DNA of 64,000 bases from assembly GCF_009914755.1 (NCBI RefSeq), contig NC_060925.1; one strand, given 5' to 3'. The stretch comes from the human T2T-CHM13v2.0 reference genome, Homo sapiens. Positions 15,972 to 29,963 of the stretch are shown piece by piece. Every line of letters begins with the position of its first letter. Position 1 is the stretch's first letter. A program made the position numbers and the translations under genes. The notes below the pieces were generated by a model that was not told the DNA's origin, searched no databases, and worked only from the letters and a program-made list of their open reading frames with translations.

Positions 15972-17711
15972 GTACCTATTGGCTGGGTGCTGTCCCCATC
16001 ACCCACCTCCCTGAGGGCCCCTCTCCCAGGCTGAGGCCTGGGAGTTCTGCCCCACCGCAAGATGAGACGCACTGGTGCAGCAGAAAGAGCACTGGCCTTG
16101 GAGTCAGGCTGCCTGGCTCCCAATCCAGCTCCGCTCCTTCCCACTGTGAGACCTCAGGCAGGTGCCTTGACCTCTCTGGATCTCACTTTTCTGGTCTGGA
16201 GGATACACCCAGCAATCTCAGTGAAATGCAACAGTCACATCCCTTTCCCTACCACGACCCTTTCATCTTGACTTCAGTGGCTTGATGTTGGGAAAAACTG
16301 GGTTTCCAAAAAGCTGCACTTATGAAGTGATAATTAGTCACTCACCTCTTCTTCGACAGAGATTTGAAACAGCTCAAGAGAGCTTCCGCCTGCCCTGCTC
16401 TGAGTCCTGCTAAAACACCCACTTTCACTCGCCTGCATGCCCTTTGCATGGGGAGAGGTGATTTCACTTTGAGCTTTTAAATCAGACCTTAATTACTCCC
16501 TTTGGGTGGAAGCCCCTGGGATGGTAGAAGGATCACTGGACTAAGAGTGAGAAGCCGTAGGTTCAAATCCCAGCTCCGTCCTTCACCAGCTATGTGACCT
16601 TGGGCAGGCGTCTTTCTCCCTCTGAACCTCAGTTTCCACCTGTGTCGAGTGTGGGTGAGACCCCTCGCGGGGAGCTATGCAGGTTACGGAGAAAAGGCAG
16701 CACAGCACCCAGAATGGGACCTGGCCCTCAGCAGAGGCCATGTGTGTCCCTGGCCTTCCTCCTCTGCCCTGCCTGCTGCACAGTGGGCAATGGTGACAGG
16801 ATGGGAGGCCAAGTGGATGTGGGGTCTGCACAGTACAGGGGCCAGGAGGTAGACAGCACAATTGCCCACCCACATGGCTGGACATCAGAGGCCCCAGGAA
16901 GCCTCTCCTTTGAATGATCACTTCTCTTACCTGCTCCAGGAGGCAACAAACAGCCACAGAGGCTGCAAGGGCACCTGGGAAAGGCATCGCGGGGCTTCCA
17001 TTCAGACTAGGTGTCAATGACTGACAGGGAGGCCTTTCGTTGAGGGCAAGCCCACGGGGAACTGCAGATGGATGGAAGGGCTCTCCCTGAAGGCTGAGAG
17101 GAAGAGTGCAGTCAATTGCAGCCAGTCCTGCTGGAGCCCAACTTTCTAGAGCCCAGCCCGGCCTTCCCACTCTGTTAACTGCTGGATCGGCTAACCAGGC
17201 CGGTCTCCAGGGCCTTTCAAACACTTACCCAGCCTTTGCCGGCCGTCTTACCATTGCTTGCGTGCGTGTTCATCCCATCCCCTAGGCAGTGCATTCCAAG
17301 AGGTCAGGGGCTACGTCTCCATTCACCACCTTCTCCCCGGCATCCAGGCCTGGCACCAAGGAGACACTTGATCAATATCAGTTGAATGAACAAGTGAATG
17401 AATCCTTTCCCTTGTGCCCTGGCCCCCAAACACCTCCTGGGACTTCATGCCTGCCGTCCCCCCACCCACCCACCTCACTGCCCACCCTTTTCCCTCATCC
17501 TTCCCTCATCTCTGCCTGTTGGAATCTTCAGGGTCCCTCCCAAATGTCACCTCTGCCACAAGTGAACATGGACTCTGCCCCTCTCTTAGAGCACTGCATG
17601 CGGGCGGAGGGTGCCTGTGTCTCCCGCAGGGGACCATGGACACTGAAGGAATGAATTGTGTGAATGAATGAGAGACATGAGTGATGGAGCCTGTGAATGA
17701 AAAAGGGAACT

Positions 17712-18187
<476 letters not shown>

Positions 18188-18234
18188 CTAAACTGCTCCT
18201 ATCCCTACATTCTCCACCTGGCCAGGTCTGACTC

Positions 18235-18515
18235 AACCTTCCAGATCTCAGCCTAACATCACCTCCTCAGAGAAGCCCTCCATCACTGCCCAGATGCCAT
18301 CCAGCGCCCCATTTCATCTTCTCCTTGTGTCTTGCCCTTCTGCATAGCATTTATCACAATTATCATTTTTTAAGTGTTATGGAGTAATTGGGTATTTACT
18401 ACCTCTACATTGAGCTAGATAGTAAGTTCCTTGAGGGTGAAGATCTTGCCATGATCTCTGCTGTGTCCCCAGCGCCTGGCACACAGTAGGTACTCAAGAG
18501 CTGTTTGTTGGATGA
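18235..18515 (+). mobile_element. L2 3' end
   Basis: catcacctcctcagagaagccct...agcgcctggcacacagtaggtactcaa...tgtttgttggatga. Confidence 0.75.
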
Positions 18516-20058
18516 CTCAGGAAGTGGACACACGAGGGCCTGAGCTGTGGGTGGTGTGAGGGAAGCAGCACCACCCCTCAGTGGGCCCTGGAGGGCCTCG
18601 AAGGAGCAGGAGTCCTGGGTCACCAAACCAGCCGCTCCCAGGCTCTGCAGGAGCCAGCATCTCTGCTCCCCGCAGCAGGAATAGCTTAGCAACTCAGAAC
18701 CCCAAAAGGCAAAAAAAAAAACTAATTAAGAAGCTTTGTGATTAAATGAAACTGAAAGTGTTAGTCCCCAAAGACGGGCAACGGAAATGAGGAATCCCAG
18801 GGCAGGTCCTGCCTGCGACCCATTTCCTACCACAGCAGGCAGGCCTGGGGAGGCTGCTGGAGGTGTGAACCGGGAGGCAGCTCTGCCCTACTTTCCGCCG
18901 CTGCCCGAGCATCCCCAGGCCGCTGCTGGGGTTGGCAGGACCTGCAGGATCTGCAGCAGCCAAGGTTACCATCTGCTCACATTTCATGAGCACTTGCTAT
19001 GTGCTAAGCACGTCACCTCTAGCATCTCATTTATCCTCACCACATGGTTCTTCACCCCATTGGATGGAAGGGGAAACTGAGGCACGGAGAAGTTCCATAA
19101 CTTGCCCAAGAGGATCCAGCAAGGATTTGTACCTATGGTCTCACTCTTTACTTGGCCCTCCTGCCTCCCAGATTTTTTTCCCCAGGGATGCTTCTGGGAT
19201 GACCTTTAAGAGGTAGACAGGACCAGTCCCTGCCATGGAGAACGTTAGGCATAAATGGTGAGGGGGGTCAGGTGGTAAGAGGCTGAAGGTGTGACAGCCT
19301 GAGGTACACCTGTGATGAGACGTGGCCCTACTTCTTTCAGTCCCTCCCCCAGGGCCTGGGGTACAGAGAGGGACAGCTTGGCATCTGCCAGTGGGGAGAT
19401 GGACACTGGTTCAGTCAACTTTCACTCTCACCAGCTTTGGGTCAGGCACTAAGCTGGGTACCAGGAATCCTGAGGGTGCCAGGTGGCTCGGAGGCCTCAG
19501 GGACTTCACAGTCCAGGGAGAAAGAGTCAGACACTGAGAGCCATGAGACAAGGTTTGACACTAGCCACAGAAGGGTCAGCAAAGGTCCCAGGAGGGCACC
19601 AATAGGGGCCCACAGTCCTGGCATGAGTGAGGGAAAGCCTTCATTCAGTGACACTTAAGCTGAGTCTTGAAAGATGCTAGGAGTTCACCAAACGCGCAGG
19701 TGGGAACACAGTTGTTCTAGGCATCAGGAATCTCAGGTGCAAAGGCCCTAGGGCAGGGATGTGTGGGCTGCATTCAGGAAACAGACAAGGCAAGTGTGGC
19801 AGAAGCAGAAGCGGGAGCATCAGGGGAGGAGGTTGGGAGGGAGGCTGGGCTAATTGTCAAGGGCCTTCCAGCCTTGGGAGTCTGGATTCGATTTAAAGTA
19901 TGATCGGATGGCTCTGGAATTATGCAATCTGACTCAGATTCCTTTAAAGATCCCTGTAGCTTGCTGTGTGGAGAATGCATTCCAGGGAGACATGGAGACA
20001 CAGGGAGCGCCTGTACAGGGCTCCCAGGGGACGCTAAGTGAGAAATGATGGTAGGTAG

Positions 20059-20411
<353 letters not shown>

Positions 20412-21505
20412 AGCAAAGTCTATATTTTAAAGCCCGGAGGACCCAGGAAATGTGAAGGGTGACTCCTAGGAGATGGAGGTGCCTTTTCCTGGGGCAGATG
20501 CAGGTTTGTGATTTGTAGGTGTGGTGCTTACTGGGGCAAAGGGGTTGGGGTTCAGGGAGGATAGAGAACAGCAGCCAGGAGAGTGTGCAGAGGAAGAACC
20601 AGAAGATAGGATCCTGGAGAATGCCAGGGTTTAAGGAGGGGAAGAAAGCGGAGTTGATGAAAATATTAGAGGAGGTGCTGGCAGAGGGGTAGGAGCAGAA
20701 CCAAGAGTCATGTCTCTCCCTGACCTCTCAGACAAGTCTGTGATATGCCAGCCACCACCACCAGGAAGGGACAGCTAGGCTGCAGGTGGTAGGATTTATT
20801 CCAGCAAGTCCACAGCCGGCTGTTACCTAACACAGGAATCCTCCTTGTGTCTGCTATTAGATTCTTTCCTGAATGCTCCAGTCTTCCTAGGAAGGGAAGT
20901 CAGATACTGAGCCCTGCAGGCCTGTGTGGCCCCCACCTCCACCTCTTTCCCACTCCTTTCCTTCTTCAGAAAGGGCTCTCTAGGAGTGGGCCCTCCGTTT
21001 GGCCTTCCCCAAGCCCCACTGGGATTTCCCAGCCTGCCTGGAGTCCAGAGCTGACAACTGCGTTGCTAGATGGCTTCTGGAGGCCACTGATGAATGGCGG
21101 TGGCCTTGTGCAGACCCAGGCCTGGCTGCTTCCGTCAGTTCCAACGCCCCAGGGGAGGTGGCCTCCTTTGGCAGCTACCCCAAAGCACACAGGTTCAGGA
21201 TCCCACTGGTCCCCCAAGAACTCAAGGAGAAGAGCCATTCATGAGGCCACCTGTGGTCGATGGCCCCTGGTAGCCCACATCAATTTTAGAATTTATTTAA
21301 CAGAAAGTGAAGAGGAAGGACATTCCAGGCAGAAGGAGCAAAGGTTGGAGGATGGGGGGTGAAACTATGAAAGTTCAGGCCATATTCAGCTTGTTGCCCA
21401 GTACCTGGAGTAGGATCTACCTGGAGAGGTTTGTCCACTCATTCATTCACTTTTGCATTCATCCATCCATTTAATGAACATGGGAAAGGGCTTACTCTAT
21501 AATGG

Positions 21506-21826
21506 TTTTTTTGTTTGTTTGTTTTTTGGGGGTTTTTTTTGTGTGTGTGACAACAGAGTTTTGCTCTTGTTGCCCAGGCTGGAGTGTCATGACGCAAGCT
21601 CACTGCAACCTCCGTCTCCCGGGTTCAAGTGATTCTCCAGCCTCAGTCTCCCAAGTAGCTGGGATTACAGGCATGTGCCACCACGCTCGGCTAATTTTTT
21701 GTATTTTTAGTAGAGATGGGGTTTCACCATGTTGGTCAGGCTGTTCTCGAACTCCTGACCTCAGGTGATCCAGCCCTCGGCCTCACAAAGTGCTGGGATT
21801 ACAGGCATGAGCCACTGCGCCTGGCC
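21506..21826 (-). mobile_element. AluS, antisense
   Basis: TSD tctataatggtttt on both sides. Confidence 0.95.
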
Positions 21827-22325
21827 TCTATAATGGTTTTGATGATAACAGTGATGGTGGGAGCCAACATTTATTAAGTCTTTTTATGTGCTAGAGACTG
21901 TGCTAAAAAGCTTTACCTGTATTTTCCTTTTAAATCTCCAAAACCACCTTTTATGGTACCTACTTGCATTAACCCACTTTAGAGATGAGAAAACTGAGGC
22001 CTGGAAGGCTTAAGACATGCACCCAATGCCTCACTGGCCCTAAGCTACCAGGTAAGTGCTCAGACTAAGGACTAGTGGATTTCATACTGAATCTCTTCCC
22101 ATCGTCCCTTGGTGCTTAATCACTGTTCAGATAAAGGTACCCCAGGGAGAGGAGAGACCGAAGGGAATTGGCATCTCTCGGGCATCTCCAATGTGCCAGG
22201 CACTACCTGATCAAATTTTATCTTCACAACAGCCCTGAGAGCTTGGCATTTATTGTTCCATTTATTTGGAATAGAAAACGGGCTCAGGGAAGTGAAGGGT
22301 CTTTCCCAAGGTCACAGTGCAATCA

Positions 22326-22722
<397 letters not shown>

Positions 22723-23274
22723 TCAGGTTGGTTCCTCACTCTCATGAGGCACCTATGGAACCAGCAGCCGCCTCTCATCTCCCTCACATAATCAGGGGCT
22801 TAAAACCTCCAACATCTCTAAGTGGGCACCCACCCAGTTTACAGAATCTAACCTGTTTTCAAGTCTGAGCAGAGCCCATGTTGTACAGTGGCACTTAGTG
22901 TCCATGTCTGGTACTGCATCCCAGGTTTTGTAGATTTTTGAATACCAGTTTAATGTTCATTCATTATGTCAATAATTAGTGAACACTTACTGTGTGGCAA
23001 ACCTGGGGGGATCCAGAGATGAGCAAGACGTGGTCCCTGGCCTCAGGAAATCCACATCCTTAAAGAAGATGGACAGGTATATTAGGACAATAGGTGGGAG
23101 GGGAGACAATTTGGACCCACAACCCCTGGCTGGGACATCTGGGAAGTCTCCCCAGCAGAGGTGGCACTTGCGCTGAGTCTTGAACGATGAGTAGGACACT
23201 GCAAGACAAGTGAGGAAAGGGTATTTCAGACAGGGGCAACAGTGCTTGCAAAAACTCAAGAGTGTCCATGGAAG

Positions 23275-23465
23275 GTAGAGTTGCTACATAAAATAGAAGA
23301 CACATGATTACATTTGAATTTTTTAAAAATAAATGTTTTAGTACAAATATGTCCCAAATATTGCACGGGGCGTACTTATACCAAAATGTATTTGTTGTTC
23401 ATCTGAAATTTAAATTTGACTGAGCAGCATCCTATATTTGTGTTTGCTAAATCTGGCAGCTCTAC
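23275..23465. mobile_element. MER53 palindromic hAT MITE
   Basis: Terminal inverted repeats gtagagttgc.../...gcagctctac, internal palindrome, 8-bp TSD catggaag/caaggaag. Confidence 0.8.
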
Positions 23466-24103
23466 CAAGGAAGGGGGAAAGAGTTAGGGATGGCAGGAAC
23501 CTAGGAAACATTAGGGATGTTGCAGGAGAGACTGCAAAATGGTGGGTCATGAAGGGTCTGGAATGCCAGGCTAAGGAGTCGGCCTTCACCCTGTGGGCAC
23601 TGGAGAAGGACTTTGTGTGAGGGACCCCAAACTTGGTACAGGGGAACAAACACAAGCCCTCCCTCATGGGCTTAGAGTTAAGGGGGCGAGAGGAGCCTCA
23701 GCCGGAAGTTGAGGGGGCATAGCAGAAACCCCCTCCTGTGGCACCCACAGCAAGTGCTCTGGGACTGAGAAGGAAGAGGTGCATCTGGCTGGGATGTCAA
23801 GGAGGCTTCCTGGAGGAGGAGGCAGATGATCTGGCTTGGCAAAAGAGACTTCCTCTCTGCTGCTGCCCCACCCAGCTATCCCTGCCTCCCCCTGTTATGG
23901 GGGTGGTAGAGACACATCTTCAAGTCAGCCCCCTTCATATCCCCTACATCCCAAGCTTTTTCTCCTCTCCTTTCCTCTGAACCTGCTGCCCCTTCTGCCA
24001 GGCATGCACATCTTTGTCTGGGTGGTTCCTGTTTGTTCTTTGAGATCCCATTCCAGTGACCCCCACTCACGAGGGAGCTTTCCTGACTTCACCTGGTAGC
24101 CCC

Positions 24104-24477
24104 TGATATGGTTTGGCTGTGTCCCCGCCCAAATCTCATCTTGAATTGAAGTTCCCATAATCCCCACCTGTTGTGAGAGGGACCTAGTAGGAGGTAATTG
24201 AATCACAGGGGTGGTTACCCCCATGCTTTTCTCATGATAGTGAGTGAGTTTGCACAAGATCTGATGGTTTTATAAGGGGCTTTTCCCCCTTTGCTCGGCA
24301 CTTCTCTCTCCTGCCACCATGTGAAGAAGTATGTGTTTGCTTCTTCTTCTGCCATGGTTGTAAGTTTCCTGAGGCCTCCCCAGGCATGAGGAACTGTGGG
24401 TCAATTTCACTTCTTTCCTTTATAAATTACCTAGTCTTGGGTATGTGTGTATAGCAGCATGAGAAGGGACTAATGCA
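24104..24477 (+). mobile_element. THE1 (C/D-like) solo LTR, MaLR
   Basis: tgatatggtttggctgtgtcccc ... gactaatgca, 5-bp TSD gcccc. Confidence 0.92.
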
Positions 24478-24559
24478 GCCCCCGTCCCAGACCAGGTCAC
24501 ATGTCCCTCGGTATGTGCTTACCCTATCAGTGTGAGCCTGTTATACCTATTGATTCATT

Positions 24560-24730
24560 TTATTATCTGAACAAACTCTGAGGTAGCTACTGTTACTATC
24601 CCCCTTTTACAGATGAAGACACAGAGAAGTTAAGGAACTTGCCCAAGGTCACAGAGGTCATATATACTAGAGCCAGGATTTGAACCCAAGAAGTCTGGCT
24701 CCAGCTTGTGATCTTAACCTCCATGCTATA
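24560..24730 (-). mobile_element. MIR, antisense
   Basis: ttttacagatgaagacacagagaagttaaggaacttgcccaaggtcaca...ggatttgaacccaag. Confidence 0.85.
24613..24633 (+). CDS. EPHB2: Candidate alternative terminal exon (MKTQRS*) exonised from an antisense MIR in intron 6
   Basis: atcccccttttacag|ATG AAG ACA CAG AGA AGT TAA; phase 0 matches the end of exon 6. Confidence 0.55.
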   Translation: MKTQRS

Positions 24731-25265
24731 AAGCCTGTAATAACATTGCACGCACTGAATCTTCATTGTTTTGGGAAGGTTTTCAAGGGCTCCGTGCACT
24801 CTGTGATGTGTGTGTGACTGGCATGTACAACTAGGTGTGTGTTTTTCTGGATAAGCATTCACAGATTTTCGTCAGAAAAAAATTGTCTCAGGAGCTTCAT
24901 GATCTTCAAAGGGTTGGGATCCTCACATGCTTACTTTTCTGGACTGAGCTCTCCAAGGCCAGGGCCTGTGCCTTAGCTCCCTGTAGAACCCCAGTCCCAG
25001 CCTAGTGCAAAGAGGATATTTGGGGAAGTTTTGCCGGGCGGCTGACAGATGCCTAAACGAGCATCATCTGTATCTGATCCAACCACATCTCCACTCCCAC
25101 TGCAGCAGCTGGATCTTTGTCCTGTCCTAGATTCCTTGGATCGCCCTGGGTAACATTCAGGAAGCCAAAATTGGTGTTCTTCATCTCTCAAAGGAGAAGA
25201 CACTAGGTTTGGGGTACCCAAAGGCATGGACATTAGATAGAGGTGGCTCCATGCAAGAGTCTGGT

Positions 25266-25648
<383 letters not shown>

Positions 25649-25824
25649 TAGTTCTTGACTCACCCAAGTGTGCTGAGGCTGAACAAGGGCTCTTACGCTT
25701 AACTCTTCAAGGCATAGGGCAGGGAAGGGGATACAGAAGTGAATGAGGTGGGCCTTCTCCCTTCGGTCTCCAAGAACTCACAGTATAGTCCTCAGGATCT
25801 GCACATAGGAACCACTCAATACAT

Positions 25825-26270
25825 GCATATTAGTCAGCTTTTCCTGAGATAACACTGCAAAACAAACAATTCCAAAAATCCAACACCTTCCAACAAGTGG
25901 CTATTTTTCTTGACCATGGGTTTATGTCTGTGGGTCAATAGGGGTGGCCCTGTTTCATCCTAAGAGTTGGGTCATGGTCTCCTCCTGTTTCTCATGCTGG
26001 AGCCAGTGGTTACCCAGTGCAAGTTCCTCTCATGGCAGAAGCACAAGAGGCCAAGACAAATTGGCAGGGATCTGTAAAGCCTCTGCTTGCATCATGTCCA
26101 CTAGAATGTTCCAGTGGCCAACACAAGTCATGTGGACAAATTCAACATCCATAAGACAGAGACATATACTCTGCCTACTTTTGTGGGCAGTGTTGAAAAG
26201 TAACATGGCAAAAGGCATAATTCTATTAAAGGGAGGGGATGAAGAATTGGGAACCATAGATGTTTATCCA
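25825..26270 (-). mobile_element. Old MLT1-family LTR
   Basis: tattagtcagctttt...aacactgcaaaacaaaca... similar to the element at 1870. Confidence 0.55.
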
Positions 26271-26368
26271 ATGGCCAGACCTGCCCCCAATGTGGCAGGA
26301 GCAGGCAGTGGGCTCTGGACCCACTATGAGCCACAACCTCACTAATTTTCTTCTCTGTTCCTCGGCAG

Positions 26369-26531
26369 GAGCTCAGTGAGTACAACGCCACAGCCATAAA
26401 AAGCCCCACCAACACGGTCACCGTGCAGGGCCTCAAAGCCGGCGCCATCTATGTCTTCCAGGTGCGGGCACGCACCGTGGCAGGCTACGGGCGCTACAGC
26501 GGCAAGATGTACTTCCAGACCATGACAGAAG
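26369..26531 (+). CDS. EPHB2: EPHB2 coding exon 7 (second half of FN3 repeat 2)
   Basis: ggcag|GAG CTC: ELSEYNATAIKSPTNTVTVQGLKAGAIYVFQVRARTVAGYGRYSGKMYFQTMTE; G|gtgagc; 163 nt. Confidence 0.97.
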
Positions 26532-27800
26532 GTGAGCAGAGTCCAGCGGGCAAGAGGAGGGCACAGACTCCACAAACAGAACAAACTCAAGGGTCACCAT
26601 TCTCATGAAGCACCTTTGTGCAGATTAGAAAAGGCACTCCCTTCTAGATGTCAGCCCTCCCTCCCTCCTAATTTCGAACCTTTGTGCACAACCATATATA
26701 AAAGCCCTGTTTCTGTTCCCGTTGTGTCAGCCAGGCCACTTCCTTTCCCAGGACTCTGGGGAGCTCAGCCCTAACTTCCAGAGCCACTCTGAGCAAGTCA
26801 TGCATTCCTTGGTCCAATTTTTTCTCATCTATAAAATGAAAGCATCACATTCAATCTGAGAAAGTAAGCATATTTTATCCATACACAACTCCAGTGACTT
26901 ACAACTGGACTGAGAAGGATTCTGAAGCTGCATCCGAGTTCAGCAGGAAGAAGTTCTGGGATAGATTAGTACTGTCTGCTCCAGGCAAGGGAATGGGAGA
27001 TCGTAACCTGTGTGCTATGTTTCCCACTCTGGAACTACATGGTCTCTAAGCACCATTCCTGCTCTAATAATCTTTAGAAGCAGCACAGTTTAAAGAATGT
27101 GGGCTCTGAAGCCAAAGAAATGAGGATTCCATTTCTGATTTAGCCCTAACTGTATGTGCCTGAACAAGTCACCTTACCTCTCCAACCCTCAGCTTTCTCA
27201 TTTATAAATGGGGGTGATAACAATGATCTCATTATCACTATCATTATCAAACTAGTGTAAGAATAAGAGACCTAGCACAGGGTTGGCACTAAGTCCCAAG
27301 CATTTCAGCACTCACCAGATTGTAGATAAGTCATAGTTTGTCATTGCTGTGTGTCTGGAATCCCTTTTACCAGCCAGTCAAACTCCAGGGTGACTCTGTC
27401 TGACCAGATTCCAGCATCCTCTCTTAGTATCTGTTCTAACCACTAGGCATGCCTTGGCCTTTGCCTGGTTGAACATTTCAGAGGCTCCTGGACTCCTAAA
27501 TTCTTGCCTTATCACAAAAATCCTCCCTATGGCTCTACCATCTCTTCCAGCACTCACCTCCTCTGTAATCTTTCTGTTCCTCGTGGCAGCTTTTTTCACC
27601 TCTCTAAGCCTTTTTCCATGTTGGGTGAGTGTCATTGACTGGGAACTAGGAGACTGTCCCAAGATCCTTTTATTAATTCAACAAATGTGGCTGAGGCCTT
27701 GCCACTTACCAGGCCAAGTGTGGGCACTAAGGTCCCAGAGCGCGTCCCTGATCTCAGCAAGTTCCTGTTCTGGTCAGTGAGACAGTTGAGAAGTAAAAAT

Positions 27801-28099
<299 letters not shown>

Positions 28100-28956
28100 G
28101 TAAAAATAATAAAATGTAAATCAATGATAGTGTTAATGGCATTGAGTGGTGGTTTCCAAGAGCCAGGCTAATGCCAAGTGTATCTTCTGCATTCTTCCAA
28201 TTCAACTCCCACCCTTGGATCAAGCAGACCTGGGTTCAAATGCCTGGCTGGGGTGCTACTTTCTTTGTGACCTCAGGCACATCATGACCTCACTAAGCCC
28301 AGTTTCTTCATCTGTAAAATGGGGTAATCATAGGACTGTTCCGAGATACGTAACATACTTAGCACAGTGAGTGACACATAAAACACTCAGGGACAAGAAT
28401 AGTTAATATTGATTGAATGCTTGCTTAGGTGCCAGGTGTTGTTCTAAGTGCTTTACCCAACAATCCTGAGATAGGAAATATTATTCTCCCCATTTTACAG
28501 ATAAGGCAACTGAGGCACAAAGAGGTAAGTCACTTTGCCTTATCACACAGTCACTTTGCCTTACTAAGTCACTTTGCCTTACTATCACACAGATAGTAAG
28601 TGGCACCATCGGGAGTCAAACCCGGAGAGTCTGTCTCCAGAGTCTGTGCTTTTAACTGCCTGTGTGTGTGTCAGCTGTTATTATTGTTGGTTTTCACATC
28701 AACATTGAGATGCAGGAATTATGCCCATTTTATGGATGAGAAGTTGAGGATTGGAGCAGTTCATGGACTTGTCCAGGGTTACTTGTGAGACAGTGACAGC
28801 CCCTTTTCTGCATGGGCATGTAACAGGTGCTCTGTCAGGGGCAGGAACAGAGTCTAGGGATCCCAGGAGACCCAGCAGCATGGCAGGGGGTAGGGGACAA
28901 GGGTATTACGACTCCCACAGCCAGGCTGAGAATGCCCTACCATGCTTTCTCCCCAG

Positions 28957-29065
28957 CCGAGTACCAGACAAGCATCCAGGAGAAGTTGCCACTCATCATC
29001 GGCTCCTCGGCCGCTGGCCTGGTCTTCCTCATTGCTGTGGTTGTCATCGCCATCGTGTGTAACAG
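28957..29065 (+). CDS. EPHB2: EPHB2 coding exon 8 (transmembrane helix)
   Basis: ccccag|CC GAG: (A)EYQTSIQEKLPLIIGSSAAGLVFLIAVVVIAIVCN(R); AG|gtgggt; 109 nt. Confidence 0.97.
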
Positions 29066-29895
29066 GTGGGTGGGGTCTCCAGGCTTGGCCAGGCCTGGCT
29101 GTCCCAGATGGCTTCTCTCTCTCTATTCAGTCATCCCTCTACAGTGCTGGTGAACCGAGGAGGCATTCTCACAATTGCAGGGAGAGATGTGGGTAGGAAG
29201 TGGAAGGCTTCAAGTGGCTTCCCACTACCTAAGCGGCCACCATGTGCAATCCATCCCTTTGGGATAGGCATCGCCCCTGACAAGCCCACTATTGAAAGAG
29301 GTGGCACATTGAGACACTAATGCAGTGGGCAAGAAAGATTGCAGGATGCTAGGAGTTTAGTGGGTGGTGGAAGGGGTATACAGATTGTCCTGCTTTCTGC
29401 ATGAGTTCAGGCCCCCTGGCTGAGGTGCTGGAAAGACAGGGAGGACTTAGGAGGAGGAGGGGGGAGGGACCTCCCAAGTGGCTAGGACGGTACAAGCAAA
29501 GGCAAGAGGGTGGGGCCAGTTCCTTGACTTCTGCTGGGTATAATGCAAAGAAAGATTCTCTTCTTCTTTAAAGAGTTCCCCATTTCAGAATAGACTGAAC
29601 CATAAGTTCAGGTGGACAGAAGCCCCTGGGGTTTCTGGGGCCAGAAGCCGTGGCTGGAAGATGACTTTACTTTTTGAAGGGGGCTTGGCTGGAGGGGGAG
29701 GAACTGGGGAAGATGAGAACCTGGACTTGAGGTGGGAGGAGTGGGAAGGGACAAGTGGGGCCAAAAGGGGCAGGCAGGGAGCCCTCTGGCAGGGGTGTGG
29801 CTTCTAGGGCCTGCCCACCCTCTCCCTATCACCTACTGTGGCTCCCAGCTCCCTGGGCGCCTTCAGGTGGCTCCAGCCCTTTGCTCTTGTTCCAG

Positions 29896-29963
29896 AAGAC
29901 GGGGGTTTGAGCGTGCTGACTCGGAGTACACGGACAAGCTGCAACACTACACCAGTGGCCACA
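29896..29963 (+). CDS. EPHB2: EPHB2 coding exon 9 (juxtamembrane); tandem NAGNAG acceptor, start 29896 or 29899
   Basis: ttccag|aag|ACGG: (R)RRGFERADSEYTDKLQHYTSGH; A|gtatgt; 68 or 65 nt. Confidence 0.96.

Noticed and set aside
16583-17224. 213-aa minus strand ORF in intron 6
   Set aside because: Non-ATG start, no homology recognisable, GC-rich chance ORF ending in a MIR
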